Shown: positions 1 through 11,380 of the stretch, one piece after another | How positions within the stretch are numbered: position 1 is the first letter of the stretch | Layout of the letters: the number at the start of each line of letters is the position of its first letter | Origin: Eubacteriales bacterium | GTDB taxonomy: Bacteria; Bacillota; Clostridia; Oscillospirales; CAG-272 | NCBI GenBank assembly: GCA_045128735.1 | Contig: JBGVRT010000120.1 | Span: 48,883 to 112,882, forward strand | Direction of reading: 5' to 3' | Length of the DNA: 64,000 bases | The notes under the pieces: generated by a model | Told to the model about the DNA's origin: nothing | The model's input: the letters and a program-made list of their open reading frames with translations, nothing else | Databases searched by the model: none | Program-made: the position numbers and the translations under genes

Positions 1-610
1 TCGTAAATATCAGCGTCAACGGCGCGCGCAACGATAGAGCCCGTAATATCCGAGCCTCCGCGGGAGAATGTCTTTATCGTGCCGTTTGGAGTGATTCCGT
101 AAAAGCCGGGAATAACCGCCTTGTTGTGATGCTTGAGCTCGTCACGCATCTCGCGGTTGGTCTTGTCCTCGTCAAAGGAGCCGTCCTCCTTGAAGAAGAT
201 AACGTTTTCCGCGTCAACAAAATCAAATCCTATGTACTTTGCAAGAATAATTCCGTTGAGATACTCGCCGCGGCTTGCCGCGTAGTCACGGCCCGAGTGG
301 TGGAGCATAGCGTTCTTGACGTAATCAAGCTCGCCCGAAATATCAAAATCAAGTCCAAGCTCAGCGATTATGCCGTTGTATCTCTCTGCGATAAGCGCAA
401 ACTGAGCGTCTATATTTTCGTTGTTTCTGATCATGTCGTAGCACTTGTAGAGCATATCGGTGACCTTGGTGTCAGCTGAATTTCTCTTGCCGGGGGCAGA
501 GGGCACAACGTATCTTCTTGCCTCGTCAGCTTTGATAATTTTTGCTACCTGTCTGAAGTGTTCCGCGTCGGCAAGAGACGATCCGCCGAACTTAACAACC
601 TTAACTTCCA
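1..610 (-). CDS. aspartate kinase, N-terminal ~203 aa (3' end runs off the window)
   Basis: Own translation of the minus strand from ATG 610-608 gives MEVKVVKFGGSSLADAEHFRQVAKIIKADEARRYVVPSAPGKR..., an amino-acid-kinase N-terminus typical of aspartokinase. It is absent from the ORF track because it is open at the window edge. Confidence 0.85.
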
Positions 611-654
611 TAGTTATTCCTCACTTTGTAAAATAATTGCTATAATGTTAATTA

Positions 655-684
655 TATTATATGTAATAATTCGCAATCTGTCAA
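655..684 (-). promoter_or_regulatory. sigma-70-type promoter of the aspartokinase gene
   Basis: Minus-strand TTGACA (684-679), 18-nt spacer, TATAAT (660-655); about 45 nt upstream of the ATG. Confidence 0.5.
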
Positions 685-721
685 GAGCTAGGAGAAAATG
701 AAAAAATATTTTGTGAATATC

Positions 722-760
722 TTGCACAATACACGCTTTAGTGTGTTACAAATTGTGCAA
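722..760. repeat. perfect 9-bp inverted repeat TTGCACAAT-N21-ATTGTGCAA
   Basis: Arms at 722-730 and 752-760 with an inner ACAC/GTGT pairing, followed by TTTTT. It lies in the divergent intergenic region. Confidence 0.6.
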
Positions 761-788
761 TTTTTGCAAAAAAATCGGCGTTTGGGTA

Positions 789-817
789 TTTACATAATCG
801 AGCAAAAGTGTTATAAT
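789..817 (+). promoter_or_regulatory. promoter of the ABC exporter gene
   Basis: TTTACA (789-794), 17-nt spacer, TGnTATAAT (809-817). Confidence 0.55.
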
Positions 818-848
818 ATAAATAATTGAAATGAAAGAAGGTGTCAGA

Positions 849-2819
849 ATGAAGGATCAAAGGAATGCGGGTGATACCTCGCGCCCGACTCCGCCAAAAA
901 AAGAAGGCTATATCGGACCGGGCGGTTTCGCTTATCAGAAGGTAACTCCCCCCTCGTCGGTAGCCGACGTTCCGCGATACCTTAAGGAGCTTTTGGGCGG
1001 CTTCTTCTACCGACTGTTTTATATATTCTCACTTGTCTGGAATACCGCACCATGGATACTCTTTGCGTTGCTTTTTGTGGCGGTGATAACGGGTATAATG
1101 CCGGTGCTCGGCTCGCTTATCTCAAAGCAGATACTTAACGAGATGCAGGTGATAATAACCGATCGCGCCCTTGGTAATTTCCTCGGGGATTTCTGGACGT
1201 CAAACGTTCTGTTTCTGCTTATCTTCCTGTTTGTCTACCGCATACTTAACCGCGTGGTGGGAAGCCTTGAGTCGGCTGTTACACATATTGCGGGTGAAAA
1301 GGTGGTAAGCCACGTAAAGCTTCAGATAATGAAAAAATCGGAGGAGATAGACTTAGCCTCCTACGATATGCCCGAGTTTTACGAAAAGCTTGAAAATGCA
1401 AACAGAGAAGCGGGAATGAGACCCGTGCAGATACTTTCGGCAACCTTCAGAATGGTGAGTACGCTTATCGGGCTTATCAGCTACGTGGTTATTATCTCCG
1501 CCGCCTTTCCGCTTGCATCGATTTGTATTATCATCGTTTCCGTGCCCTCCGCCGCGGTAAGCTTCGTTTACAGACATAAGCATTTCAGATATATGCGCCA
1601 CCGCTCAAAGGAGCGCAGACAGATGAACTACTATTCCGAAATAATGGTCAATAAGGACGTTGTCAAGGAAATAAGAATGTTCGACCTCGGCCCTACCTTC
1701 GTAAACAAATACAAGCAGGTTTTCGAGGGCTATTACGTGGGTATAAGACGCCTTGTGGCTCACGAAAGTATATGGTCGGTGGTTATGGCTATGCTTTCTT
1801 CGGTGGTCAACTGCGTGTTCTACGCAATAATTGCCATGAGCGTGTTCGAGGGCAGATATATGATAGGTGACTACTCGCTTTATACGGGCGCGCTTTCGTC
1901 GATAGCTTCGTCGGTGGCAAGCGTTATAGGCATTTCGGCTACCATATACGAGGGTACTCTCTTCATAGATAATCTTATTGTATTTATGAAGGCTGACAGA
2001 AAGATAACCGCTCCCAAGGTGTCGCACGCAATAGAAAGAGGAGTGCCGCACACAATAGAGTTCAGAAATGTAAGCTTTGCGTATCCGGGTACAGAGCGAG
2101 AGGTCATCAAAAACGTAAGCTTTGTACTTAATCCGGGAGAAACTACCGTTCTTGTCGGTCTCAACGGTGCAGGAAAAACCACGCTTATAAAGCTTCTCAC
2201 AAGACTTTATGACCCCACCTCGGGAGAGATACTTCTTGACGGCGTGAACATTAAGGAATACGACCCCAAGGAGCTTTACCGAATGTTCGGTATAATTTTC
2301 CAGGATTTCGGGAAATACGCTTGTACAGTGTCGGAAAATATTATGTTCGGTGAAGTTGAAGCCGAACGGGACGACGGGCGCATTGCAGAAGCCGCAAAAT
2401 CGGCTAACGCAAGCGACTACATAGAAAGACTGCCAAACGGCTACGAAACTCCGCTTATGAGAATATTCGAGCGAGAGGGAACAGAGCTTTCAATAGGTCA
2501 GTGGCAGAAGCTTGCTATTGCGAGAGCCTTTTACAGCGACTCCGACGTGCTTATCCTTGACGAGCCTACCGCGTCTCTTGACGCCATAGCCGAGCAGGAG
2601 ATTTACAGCCAGTTTGAGGAGCTACGAAAGGACAAGACCACGATATTCGTGTCTCACAGACTTTCAAGCGCAACCACCGCTTCGAAGATAATCGTGCTCG
2701 AATACGGTGAGCTTATTGAAACGGGCACCCATAAGGAGCTTATGGCTAAGGAGGGAAGGTATTACGAGCTCTTCTCAACTCAGGCAAAGCACTATATTGA
2801 AAGCGAGTTGGAAGATTAA
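849..2819 (+). CDS. ABC transporter, fused permease/ATP-binding exporter (MsbA/MdlB-like)
   Basis: ORF 831-2819 has a TM-rich N-terminal half and a C-terminal NBD with Walker A GLNGAGKTT, signature LSIGQWQK and Walker B VLILDEPT. Start placed at ATG 849 because of the GAAGGTG RBS; ATG 831 has none. Confidence 0.85.
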   Translation: MKDQRNAGDTSRPTPPKKEGYIGPGGFAYQKVTPPSSVADVPRYLKELLGGFFYRLFYIFSLVWNTAPWILFALLFVAVITGIMPVLGSLISKQILNEMQVIITDRALGNFLGDFWTSNVLFLLIFLFVYRILNRVVGSLESAVTHIAGEKVVSHVKLQIMKKSEEIDLASYDMPEFYEKLENANREAGMRPVQILSATFRMVSTLIGLISYVVIISAAFPLASICIIIVSVPSAAVSFVYRHKHFRYMRHRSKERRQMNYYSEIMVNKDVVKEIRMFDLGPTFVNKYKQVFEGYYVGIRRLVAHESIWSVVMAMLSSVVNCVFYAIIAMSVFEGRYMIGDYSLYTGALSSIASSVASVIGISATIYEGTLFIDNLIVFMKADRKITAPKVSHAIERGVPHTIEFRNVSFAYPGTEREVIKNVSFVLNPGETTVLVGLNGAGKTTLIKLLTRLYDPTSGEILLDGVNIKEYDPKELYRMFGIIFQDFGKYACTVSENIMFGEVEAERDDGRIAEAAKSANASDYIERLPNGYETPLMRIFEREGTELSIGQWQKLAIARAFYSDSDVLILDEPTASLDAIAEQEIYSQFEELRKDKTTIFVSHRLSSATTASKIIVLEYGELIETGTHKELMAKEGRYYELFSTQAKHYIESELED

Positions 2820-2845
2820 GTGTTTGTTTTTCAATGCTTAACAAG

Positions 2846-2876
2846 AAAAACGCCGTTGTTCAAACGGCGTTTTTCG
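2846..2876 (+). terminator. rho-independent terminator after the ABC exporter
   Basis: AAAAACGCCGTT-gttc-AAACGGCGTTTTT hairpin plus T-run. Confidence 0.8.
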
Positions 2877-2956
2877 TATTGCGGCAGCGGTTGTTCGTGC
2901 CTTTTATAAGTCGTGAATGACGAAGTCTGTTGCCTCCACCGATCAGGTGGAAGAAA

Positions 2957-2981
2957 AACCGCCGAGGAAACCTCGGCGGTT
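2957..2981 (-). terminator. terminator of rpsT
   Basis: AACCGCCGAGG-aaa-CCTCGGCGGTT hairpin, followed on the minus strand by TTTTTCTTCC. Confidence 0.75.
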
Positions 2982-3001
2982 AAACCTTTTTTTGAACCAA
3001 A

Positions 3002-3265
3002 TTAGCCAATAGCGTTGAGCTTCTTTGTAAACTGGCTCTTCTTGCGAGCTGCTGCGTTCTTGTGAATGATTCCGCAAGCTGCTGCCTGGTCGATCTTCTT
3101 GACTGCTGCCTTGTAGGTAACCTTAGCAAGCTCAGCGTCACCAGCCTCAAGCGCTGCCTCATACTTCTTGATGTCAGTCTTGAGCTGTGTCTTGAAAATC
3201 TTGTTCTGAAGGGTCTTGGTCTCGATAACCTTAACGCGCTTCTTTGCACTCTTGATGTTCGGCAT
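3002..3265 (-). CDS. rpsT: 30S ribosomal protein S20
   Basis: 87 aa, MPNIKSAKKRVKVIETKTLQNK...; lysine-rich S20 N-terminus. Confidence 0.95.
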   Translation of the reverse strand: MPNIKSAKKRVKVIETKTLQNKIFKTQLKTDIKKYEAALEAGDAELAKVTYKAAVKKIDQAAACGIIHKNAAARKKSQFTKKLNAIG

Positions 3266-3348
3266 TGTGTTTCATCTCCCTTTTTCAAAATTAGTCTTAA
3301 CAACGATACCTGAGAGGGTGTACCGTTGCATTCGTCCATACGTCGTAT

Positions 3349-3377
3349 ATCATACCACAAGAAAACGAAAAATGCAA
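3349..3377 (-). promoter_or_regulatory. rpsT promoter
   Basis: Minus-strand TTGCAT (3377-3372), 17-nt spacer, TGnTATGAT (-10 at 3354-3349). Confidence 0.5.
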
Positions 3378-3499
3378 TAGTTTTTTCAAAAAAATTTCAA
3401 AAAAATTGAAAATTTCTCAAAATTGCCCCCAAAAAGGGCGGTTCCTATACTAAAATATATTATTTTTAGAAAAAAACCGGAAAAATTTTGCAAAAGCTC

Positions 3500-3528
3500 T
3501 TGACAAATACAAAAAAGCGTGCTATAAT
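3500..3528 (+). promoter_or_regulatory. consensus sigma-70 promoter upstream of rpoB
   Basis: TTGACA (3500-3505), 17-nt spacer, TATAAT (3523-3528); leaves a ~150-nt leader before the rpoB ATG. Confidence 0.7.
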
Positions 3529-3678
3529 TGTAAACTGCATTATAATTGCTATCTCTGCCCGAAAAGAGGTAGTATATGATAGAGGAAAAATCTTTTTTCC
3601 CCTGTCAAGTAAGTTGCAAAGGTAGCCTTGGGGTTCTCTGTCAGAGCAGAGAATACTACTTTGAAGGAGTGTATGTAA

Positions 3679-6600
3679 ATGGTGAATGTAAAAGAGCAAA
3701 AGCTTGGCAAAAACGTGAGAATGAGCTTTTCCAAGACGAAAAACACGCTTGAACTGCCCAATCTGGTCGAGATCCAGACAAAGTCGTTTAAGTGGTTTCT
3801 TGAAAAAGGACTTGATGAAGTACTTAAGGACGTATCCCCGATAACCGACTTCTCGGGTAATCTGTCCATAGAATTTCTCTCATACTCAATCGATACAAAG
3901 CCGAAGTACTCCGTTGAGGAGTGTAAGGAAAGGGACGCGAACTATGCCGCACCCCTTAAAGTTAACGTAAGACTTACGAACAAGCTTACCGGCGAGGTCA
4001 AGCAGGCAGACGTATTTATGGGTGAGCTCCCGATAATGACAGAGACTGGTACGTTCGTCATTAATGGCGCAGAGCGTGTTATCGTTTCGCAGCTCGTTCG
4101 TTCTCCCGGTATGTATTATTCCTCCGAGTTTGACAAGAGCGGTAAAAAGACTTACGCATCTACTGTAATTCCTTACCGCGGAGCTTGGCTTGAATATGAA
4201 ATAGATACAAACGGAATCGCTTACGTTCGTATAGATAAGAACCGTAAGGTTCCCGTAACAATGCTTATCCGTGCACTTGGCGTAGAGCTTTTGGACGGTG
4301 ACGCAAAGAATCCCGAGTATGAGTCGCGCATCGAGACCAAGGAAGATGTTTATGCAATATTCGGCGAGGAGGAGACCCTTGCTCTTACCTTCGAGAAGGA
4401 CGAGTCCGAGGGACTTGCGCTCAACAACGGCACAAACTGCGGTGTTGAGGCACTTAAGGAAATATATAAGAAGCTCCGTCCAGGTGAGCCTCCTATCGTT
4501 GAGTCTGCTCACTCTCTGCTTAACGGATACTTCTTTGATCAGAGACGCTACGACATCGAGCCTGTCGGACGCTATAAGTTCGATAAGAAGCTTGCTATCT
4601 CCGAGAGAATTGCTAACCGCAGACTTGCGGAGACAGTTGTAAGCCCCATTACCGGTGAGGTCCTCTACGAGGCGGGTGCAGTTATCACCAAGGCTGACGC
4701 TATCGCTATCGAGAACGCGGGCGTAAACGAGGTCGTTGTCAAGCTCGATAACGATAAAAACGTAAAAATCTTTTCAAATAATACTATATATCCCGAACAG
4801 CTCCTTGGTTACGACCTTAAGGACTGCGATATCAACGAGAAGGTAAGAACCGACGTGCTTCTTTCCATTATGGAGGAGTGCGAGGGTGACGTTGACGCTA
4901 TCAAGGAGATGGCAAAGGTGAGAGTGAACGAGCTCTGCCCCAAGCACATCACCAGAGACGATATCTTTGCGTCTATTAACTACTTCTTCAACCTTACTCA
5001 CGATATCGGAAATGTTGATGATATCGACCACCTTGGAAACCGTAGAATTCGTTCTGTGGGCGAACAGCTCCAGAATCAGCTTCGTATCGGCTTCTCGAGA
5101 ATGGATAAGATAATAAAGGAAAGAATGACCACTCAGGACAACGAGAAGATAACGCCTCAGCAGCTTATCAATATCCGTCCCGTGGCTACTGCGATCCGCG
5201 AGTTCTTCGGCTCGTCTCAGCTCTCGCAGTTTATGGATCAGAATAACCCCTTGGCAGAGCTTACTCATAAGAGAAGTCTTTCCGCACTCGGTCGCGGCGG
5301 TCTTTCCCGTGACCGTGCATCCTTCGACGTTCGTGACGTTCACTATACCCATTACGGTAGAATGTGTCCCATCGAGACCCCCGAAGGTCCTAACATCGGT
5401 CTTATTTCCTACCTTACAACTTATGCACGTATAAGCGATTACGGCTTTATCGAGGCACCTTACAGAAAGGTTGATAAGGAAACGGGTATAGTTACCGACG
5501 AGGTCGTTTATATGACTGCTGACGAGGAGGATAACTACATCGTTGCTCAGGCAAACGAGCCTCTTGACGAGAACGGACGCTTTGTAAATAAGCGTGTAAC
5601 AGTTCGTGACAAGTCGGAGATTATCGAGGTTGAGGCGTCGCGAGTTGACTATATGGACATTTCGCCCAAGATGGTCGTTTCGGTAGCTACAGCTATGATC
5701 CCCTTCCTTGAAAACGACGATAACTCCCGTGCACTTATGGGATCGAACATGCAGAAGCAGGCTGTGCCGCTTATGGTTACCGATTCTCCTATCGTTGGTA
5801 CGGGTATGGAATACAATGCGGCAGTTGACTCAGGCGTAGTCGTTGTCGCAAAGGCGGCAGGACGTGTTGAGCGCGTAGACGCTGATAAGATCGTTGTCGT
5901 TGGCGAGAACGGTCAGAAGGAAGTTTACGAGCTTATCAAGTTCAAGCGTACAAACCAGGGTACTTGCTTCAACCAAAGACCTATCGTTGAGGTTGGCGAG
6001 GAAATCACTGCGGGTCAGGTAATTGCCGACGGTCCTGCAACCGCAAACGGAGAGATCGCTCTCGGTAAGAACGCTCTTATCGGATTTATGACCTGGGAAG
6101 GTTATAACTACGAGGACGCGGTACTTCTTAACGAGCGTCTTGTCCGCGATGACGTTTACACTTCTCTCCATATAGAAGAATATACACACGAGGCAAGAGA
6201 CACCAAGCTTGGCCCGGAGGAGATCACTCGTGAGATCCCCAACGTTGGTGAAGATGCTCTTAAGGATCTTAATGCCGAGGGTATAGTAAAGAAGGGAACC
6301 GAGGTTCGCGCAGGCGATATCCTCGTTGGTAAGATCACTCCCAAGGGAGAGACAGAGCTTACCGCAGAGGAGCGACTTCTCCGCGCAATCTTCGGCGAAA
6401 AGGCGCGTGAGGTAAGAGATACCTCTCTCCGTGTTCCTCACGGTGAGTCGGGTATTGTCGTTGACGTTAAGGTCTTCTCAAGAGAGCACGGCGACGAGCT
6501 TCCCGCAGGCGTAAATAAAGTAGTAAGAATATATCTTGCGCAGAAGCGTAAGATCTCCGTAGGTGACAAGATGGCAGGTCGTCACGGTAATAAGGGTGTC

Positions 6601-7461
6601 GTTTCGAGAATTCTTCCTCCCGAGGATATGCCTTTCCTTCCCGACGGAACTCCTCTTGATATCGTTCTTAACCCTCTGGGCGTTCCTTCACGTATGAATA
6701 TCGGTCAGGTTCTTGAGGTACATCTCGGTATCGCGGCTAAGAAGCTTGGCTGGAAGATTATGACTCCCGTGTTTGACGGCGCAAACGAAAAGGATATTTC
6801 CGAGTGCCTTGATGCGGCGGGAATGAACCCCAACGGTAAGACGATACTTTACGACGGACGTACGGGTGAGCCCTTTGACAACCCCGTAACAGTAGGTATA
6901 ATGTACTACCTTAAGCTCCATCACCTTGTTGACGATAAGATCCACGCACGTTCCAACGGTCCTTACTCTCTCGTAACGCAGCAGCCTTTGGGCGGTAAAG
7001 CTCAGTTTGGCGGTCAGCGTTTCGGAGAAATGGAGGTTTGGGCTCTCGAGGCGTACGGTGCGGCTTATACCCTTCAGGAGATCCTTACGGTTAAGTCTGA
7101 CGATATAAACGGCAGACGTAAAGCGTATGAGGCTATTATCAAGGGTCAGAACATTCCTACCCCCGGTGTTCCCGAGTCCTTCAAGGTTCTTACCAAGGAG
7201 CTTCAGGCGCTTGCGCTTGACGTTCGCGTTCTTGATAAGGACGGCGAGGAGATACAGCTTTCCACTCTTTGCAGCGAGGAAGAGGTATCGCCTTACAAGA
7301 GAAATGATGATATAGATCTGTTCGCCGATATGGACGAAAAGGGCGTTGAGACCGACGATATCGAGCAGTCCTTCATTATTGAGGACGCTGAGGACGGAGA
7401 CGATGAGTTCTTCTCCGCAAACGGTCTTGACGAAGATCTGCTTGACGATGATGAAATATAA
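3679..7461 (+). CDS. rpoB: DNA-directed RNA polymerase subunit beta
   Basis: 1260 aa. Conserved rifampicin-region block [15 protein letters not shown]...[17 protein letters not shown] and [18 protein letters not shown]; acidic C-terminal tail. Confidence 0.98.
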   Translation: MVNVKEQKLGKNVRMSFSKTKNTLELPNLVEIQTKSFKWFLEKGLDEVLKDVSPITDFSGNLSIEFLSYSIDTKPKYSVEECKERDANYAAPLKVNVRLTNKLTGEVKQADVFMGELPIMTETGTFVINGAERVIVSQLVRSPGMYYSSEFDKSGKKTYASTVIPYRGAWLEYEIDTNGIAYVRIDKNRKVPVTMLIRALGVELLDGDAKNPEYESRIETKEDVYAIFGEEETLALTFEKDESEGLALNNGTNCGVEALKEIYKKLRPGEPPIVESAHSLLNGYFFDQRRYDIEPVGRYKFDKKLAISERIANRRLAETVVSPITGEVLYEAGAVITKADAIAIENAGVNEVVVKLDNDKNVKIFSNNTIYPEQLLGYDLKDCDINEKVRTDVLLSIMEECEGDVDAIKEMAKVRVNELCPKHITRDDIFASINYFFNLTHDIGNVDDIDHLGNRRIRSVGEQLQNQLRIGFSRMDKIIKERMTTQDNEKITPQQLINIRPVATAIREFFGSSQLSQFMDQNNPLAELTHKRSLSALGRGGLSRDRASFDVRDVHYTHYGRMCPIETPEGPNIGLISYLTTYARISDYGFIEAPYRKVDKETGIVTDEVVYMTADEEDNYIVAQANEPLDENGRFVNKRVTVRDKSEIIEVEASRVDYMDISPKMVVSVATAMIPFLENDDNSRALMGSNMQKQAVPLMVTDSPIVGTGMEYNAAVDSGVVVVAKAAGRVERVDADKIVVVGENGQKEVYELIKFKRTNQGTCFNQRPIVEVGEEITAGQVIADGPATANGEIALGKNALIGFMTWEGYNYEDAVLLNERLVRDDVYTSLHIEEYTHEARDTKLGPEEITREIPNVGEDALKDLNAEGIVKKGTEVRAGDILVGKITPKGETELTAEERLLRAIFGEKAREVRDTSLRVPHGESGIVVDVKVFSREHGDELPAGVNKVVRIYLAQKRKISVGDKMAGRHGNKGVVSRILPPEDMPFLPDGTPLDIVLNPLGVPSRMNIGQVLEVHLGIAAKKLGWKIMTPVFDGANEKDISECLDAAGMNPNGKTILYDGRTGEPFDNPVTVGIMYYLKLHHLVDDKIHARSNGPYSLVTQQPLGGKAQFGGQRFGEMEVWALEAYGAAYTLQEILTVKSDDINGRRKAYEAIIKGQNIPTPGVPESFKVLTKELQALALDVRVLDKDGEEIQLSTLCSEEEVSPYKRNDDIDLFADMDEKGVETDDIEQSFIIEDAEDGDDEFFSANGLDEDLLDDDEI

Positions 7462-7479
7462 TTGATAAGGAGAAACAGC

Positions 7480-10400
7480 ATGGCAAATACAGAATTCGAT
7501 TCGATAAGAATAGGTCTGGCTTCTCCGGACATGATAAGAGAGTGGTCTTACGGCGAGGTAACCAAGCCTGAGACTATTAACTACAGAACTCTCAAGGCTG
7601 AGGTAGGAGGTCTTTTCTGTGAAAAGATCTTTGGCCCCACCAAGGACGGCGCTTGTATGTGCGGTAAGTATAAGAACGCGCATAACCTTTCCCGCGACGG
7701 AAAGCCCCACAAGTGTGAAAAGTGCGGCGTTGAAATAACCACTAAGAAGGTAAGGCGTGAGAGAATGGGTCATATCGACCTTGCTACTCCCGTTGCACAC
7801 ATTTGGTATTTCAAGAGCCTTCCTAACAGAATAGCAAGTATTCTCGATATGTCTCCCAAGCAGCTTGAGCAGGTACTCTACTTCGCTGAGCACGTGGTTC
7901 TTGATCCCGGTCCCACAGACCTTGAGGTTGGACGCGTGCTTAATGAGAGAGAGTTCTTCGAGTACACCGAGAGATATGAGAACGACTTTAGAGTAGGAAT
8001 GGGTGCTGAAGCTATCAAAGAGCTTCTTTCCAAGATAGACATTCACGCTCTTGCAAAAGATCTTAAGGAGCAGCTTCAGAGCGCAAAGGCAGGACAGAAG
8101 AAGGCGAAGATCGCCAAGCGCCTTGAGATCGTTGAGGCGTTCAAGAAGCCGGGTAACAACCTTACCTGGATGATTCTTGACGCTATCCCCGTTCTTCCTC
8201 CCGATATCAGACCTATGGTTCAGCTTGACGGCGGACGCTTTGCTTCCTCCGACCTTAACGAGCTTTACCGCAGAGTTATCAGCAGAAATAACCGTCTTAA
8301 GAAGCTTATAGAGATCCGTACCCCCGAAATAGTTATCCGTAACGAGAAGCGTATGCTTCAAGAAGCGGTTGACGCACTTATTGATAACGGACGCAGAGGT
8401 AAGCCTGTAACAGGACCCTCCAACCGTCCTCTCAAGTCGCTGTCTGAAATGCTCCGCGGTAAGCAGGGACGTTTCCGTCAGAACCTTCTTGGTAAGCGTG
8501 TTGACTATTCGGGACGTTCGGTTATCGTCGTAGGTCCTACTCTTAAGATCTATCAGTGCGGTCTTCCCAAGGAGATGGCGCTTGAGCTCTTCAAGCCCTT
8601 CGTGGTAAAACGCCTTACTGAAATGCAGAAGGCTACCAACGTTAAGGACGCTCAGAAGAAGATAGACAGAGCATACCTCTATCCCGAGGTTTGGGATGCG
8701 CTTGAAAATGTTATTAAGGAGCACCCGGTACTTCTTAACCGTGCTCCTACGCTTCACAGACTTTCTATTCAGGCGTTCGAGCCTGTGCTTGTTGAGGGAC
8801 GCGCTATAAAGCTTCATCCCCTTGTATGTACAGCGTTTAACGCTGACTTTGACGGCGACCAGATGCCGGTTCACGTTCCGCTTTCGGCAGAGGCTCAGGC
8901 AGAGGCAAGATTCCTTATGCTCTCGGCTAATAACCTTCTTAAGCCCATGGACGGACGCGCAGTTACCGTTCCTACCCAGGACATGATCCTCGGTTCTTAC
9001 TACCTTACCATGGATAAGCCCGGTGAGCCCGGTGAGGGAAGAGTGTTCCGCGACTTCAATGAGGCTATGATGGCTTACGAGAATAAGCAGCTCGGACTTC
9101 ACGCGCCCATTAAGGTAAGAGTTGAAAAGGAAATCGACGGCGTAAAGCGTTCCAAGATAATCGACGCAACTCTTGGTAGACTTATATTCAACAGACCTCT
9201 TCCTCAGGACCTCGGTTTCGTTGACAGAACAGATCCCGAAAAGGCGTTTGATCTTGAAATAACCTTCGTTACCAAGAAAAAGCAGCTTGGTCAAATCATT
9301 GACAACTGTATAAAGAAGCACGGCTCTGCGGTCTGCGCAAAGATGCTTGACGATATCAAGGAAATGGGTTATAAGTATTCGACCCGCGCTTCCTTCTCTA
9401 TCTCGGTATACGATATGACTATTCCCGAGAAGAAGGAGACATATATTAAGGAAGCTGAAAAGAAGGTTGAAGAGATCCACAAGTTCTATAACCGCGGTGT
9501 CCTCGCTGAGGATGAGCGTTACAGCAACGTCGTTAAGGTTTGGGAGGATACAACAAAGCAGGTAACCGACGCGCTTAACGATAGCTTCTCGGTATTCAAC
9601 CCCATCAGAATAATGGCTGACTCGGGTGCCCGTGGTTCTATGCAGCAGATGAGACAGCTTGCCGGTATGCGTGGACTTATGTTCTCTGCAACAGGTAAGA
9701 CGGTGGAAATTCCCATCAAGTCTAACTTCCGCGAGGGTCTTAACATTACCGAGTACTTTATGGGTGCTCGTGCATCGCGTAAGTCGCTTTCGGATACGGC
9801 GCTTCGTACGGCCGACTCGGGTTACCTTACCCGCCGTCTCGTAGACGTTTCTCAGGAAGTTATCGTCCGTGAGGAGAAGTGCGATACCGTAAGGGGCGCA
9901 TGGATAACCGAAATTGCAAACGACGGCGACGGAAAGCCGCTTGAGTCACTTCAGGACAGAATTATAGGCAGATATACCATCGGTCCCGTTGTTCATCCCG
10001 AAACCGGCGAGATAATCGTTGGCGATGACGAAATGATCACCGATGAGCAGGCTAACGCAATCGTTGCCGCAGGTATTGATAAGGTTTATATCAGAACTAT
10101 CATTCAGTGTCACTCCCGCTTCGGCGTTTGTGCTCACTGCTACGGTGCTGACCTTGCTTCGGGCAAGAGAGTAAACGTAGGTGAGGCTGTCGGTATTATC
10201 GCGGCTCAGTCTATCGGTGAGCCCGGTACACAGCTTACCATGAGAACCTTCCACACGGGTGGTGTCGCAGGTTCGGATATTACTCAGGGTCTTCCCAGAG
10301 TTGAAGAGCTTTTCGAGGCAAGACAGCCTAAGAAGGCGGCTGTTATGACCGAGCATAGCGGTATTGCTCATATCCAGATCGGTGAAAATGCAAACGTTCG

Positions 10401-11070
10401 TGAGGTCGTTGTTCATTCCGAGGAGACAGGCGAGCTTGTTAAGTATCCTATCCCCTACGGTATGAAGATCGCTATCGCTGACGGTGAGCATATCGTAAGA
10501 GGTCAGGGAATAACTGAGGGAAGCAAGGCTCCCGCGGATATTATGAGAATTTGCGGACTTGATGCGGTTTATGACTACATCATTAAGGAAATTCAGAAGG
10601 TTTACCGTTCTCAGTCCTGTGATGTTAACGATAAGCATATCGAAATTATCGCCCGTCAGATGACAAGACGCTTCCGCGTTGATGAGGGCGGAGATACAGA
10701 CCTCCTTGTAGGTTCTATCGTTGATATGACCGAGCTCGAGGACGAAAATAACAGAATCCAGGCGCGCATTGACGCAGGTGAGCGTGAGCTTCGCCTTGCT
10801 GAGGGCTCTCCCGTGCTTCTCGGTATTACAAAGGCTTCGCTTCAGACAGAGTCCTTCTTGTCTGCTGCATCCTTCCAGGAGACCACAAGAGTTCTTACCG
10901 ATGCCGCTATCAAGCGTAAGGTTGACCACCTTATCGGTCTTAAGGAGAACGTTATTATCGGTAAGCTTATTCCCGCAGGTACGGGTATGCAGTGCTACCG
11001 TGACGTCGGAGTTGTTCGCGCTGAAGAGCCTTCGGCAGAGAACACCGAGGAGACAAATACCAATAACTGA
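7480..11070 (+). CDS. rpoC: DNA-directed RNA polymerase subunit beta'
   Basis: Zn-finger CMCGKY...CEKCGVE and catalytic NADFDGDQM. Start moved from the ORF-track TTG 7462 to ATG 7480 (AAGGAGA RBS 7 nt upstream). Confidence 0.97.
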   Translation: MANTEFDSIRIGLASPDMIREWSYGEVTKPETINYRTLKAEVGGLFCEKIFGPTKDGACMCGKYKNAHNLSRDGKPHKCEKCGVEITTKKVRRERMGHIDLATPVAHIWYFKSLPNRIASILDMSPKQLEQVLYFAEHVVLDPGPTDLEVGRVLNEREFFEYTERYENDFRVGMGAEAIKELLSKIDIHALAKDLKEQLQSAKAGQKKAKIAKRLEIVEAFKKPGNNLTWMILDAIPVLPPDIRPMVQLDGGRFASSDLNELYRRVISRNNRLKKLIEIRTPEIVIRNEKRMLQEAVDALIDNGRRGKPVTGPSNRPLKSLSEMLRGKQGRFRQNLLGKRVDYSGRSVIVVGPTLKIYQCGLPKEMALELFKPFVVKRLTEMQKATNVKDAQKKIDRAYLYPEVWDALENVIKEHPVLLNRAPTLHRLSIQAFEPVLVEGRAIKLHPLVCTAFNADFDGDQMPVHVPLSAEAQAEARFLMLSANNLLKPMDGRAVTVPTQDMILGSYYLTMDKPGEPGEGRVFRDFNEAMMAYENKQLGLHAPIKVRVEKEIDGVKRSKIIDATLGRLIFNRPLPQDLGFVDRTDPEKAFDLEITFVTKKKQLGQIIDNCIKKHGSAVCAKMLDDIKEMGYKYSTRASFSISVYDMTIPEKKETYIKEAEKKVEEIHKFYNRGVLAEDERYSNVVKVWEDTTKQVTDALNDSFSVFNPIRIMADSGARGSMQQMRQLAGMRGLMFSATGKTVEIPIKSNFREGLNITEYFMGARASRKSLSDTALRTADSGYLTRRLVDVSQEVIVREEKCDTVRGAWITEIANDGDGKPLESLQDRIIGRYTIGPVVHPETGEIIVGDDEMITDEQANAIVAAGIDKVYIRTIIQCHSRFGVCAHCYGADLASGKRVNVGEAVGIIAAQSIGEPGTQLTMRTFHTGGVAGSDITQGLPRVEELFEARQPKKAAVMTEHSGIAHIQIGENANVREVVVHSEETGELVKYPIPYGMKIAIADGEHIVRGQGITEGSKAPADIMRICGLDAVYDYIIKEIQKVYRSQSCDVNDKHIEIIARQMTRRFRVDEGGDTDLLVGSIVDMTELEDENNRIQARIDAGERELRLAEGSPVLLGITKASLQTESFLSAASFQETTRVLTDAAIKRKVDHLIGLKENVIIGKLIPAGTGMQCYRDVGVVRAEEPSAENTEETNTNN

Positions 11071-11079
11071 TAAATTTTA

Positions 11080-11120
11080 CCTTGTCTGCCGCTTTTGCGG
11101 CAGACAAGGGCGATTTTGCG
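11080..11120 (+). terminator. terminator after rpoC
   Basis: CCTTGTCTGCCGC-tttt-GCGGCAGACAAGG, a 13-bp stem followed by a T-rich tail. Confidence 0.7.
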
Positions 11121-11235
11121 TTTAGAGAAGCTTCAAACAGCTTGAAAAAGGCGTGTGTTTATCAACAATAAAACAAACGGGCGAGCAGTTCTTTTTGTGC
11201 AAAAGGGAGAAATTTATCTGTAATTCGCTTCGCTG

Positions 11236-11264
11236 TTGACAAATGCTCGGGTTTGTGATACAAT
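11236..11264 (+). promoter_or_regulatory. str-operon promoter
   Basis: TTGACA (11236-11241), 17-nt spacer, TGaTACAAT (-10 at 11259-11264); ~110-nt leader. Confidence 0.65.
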
Positions 11265-11380
11265 AAAGTGTAATTTTGCGGTCACAAGCCGCAAGACTGC
11301 TCAAAAACGGCAGTAACGCTTGTGCCGAGAGGCGCGCGCGTCTGTATATAAACATTAAATTTTGAAGAAGGAGGAGAAAA

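Noticed and set aside
126-479. 117-aa plus-strand ORF at the window start
   Set aside because: It lies antisense within the aspartokinase coding region, which translates cleanly on the minus strand.
7462-7479. N-terminal extensions in the ORF track: rpoC TTG 7462, rpsG ATG 11927, DUF3006 to 28910, GntR to 36853, ABC ATPase to 35118, isomerase GTG 51134, trpB TTG 61711, XRE to 63454, AraC to 52812
   Set aside because: In each case an internal start has a properly spaced Shine-Dalgarno sequence. The extension either overlaps the upstream gene or its terminator, or runs through recognisable promoter or operator DNA.
6688-9480. 930-aa ORF antisense to rpoB/rpoC, spanning the gene junction
   Set aside because: Its codons are exactly in register with the sense codons; rpoB and rpoC both start at positions congruent to 1 mod 3. 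In this register antisense stops arise only from sense TTA, CTA or TCA codons, which these highly expressed genes avoid. The product is low-complexity (L/V/R/S/K-rich) and has no RBS or promoter. It is a codon-usage artefact.
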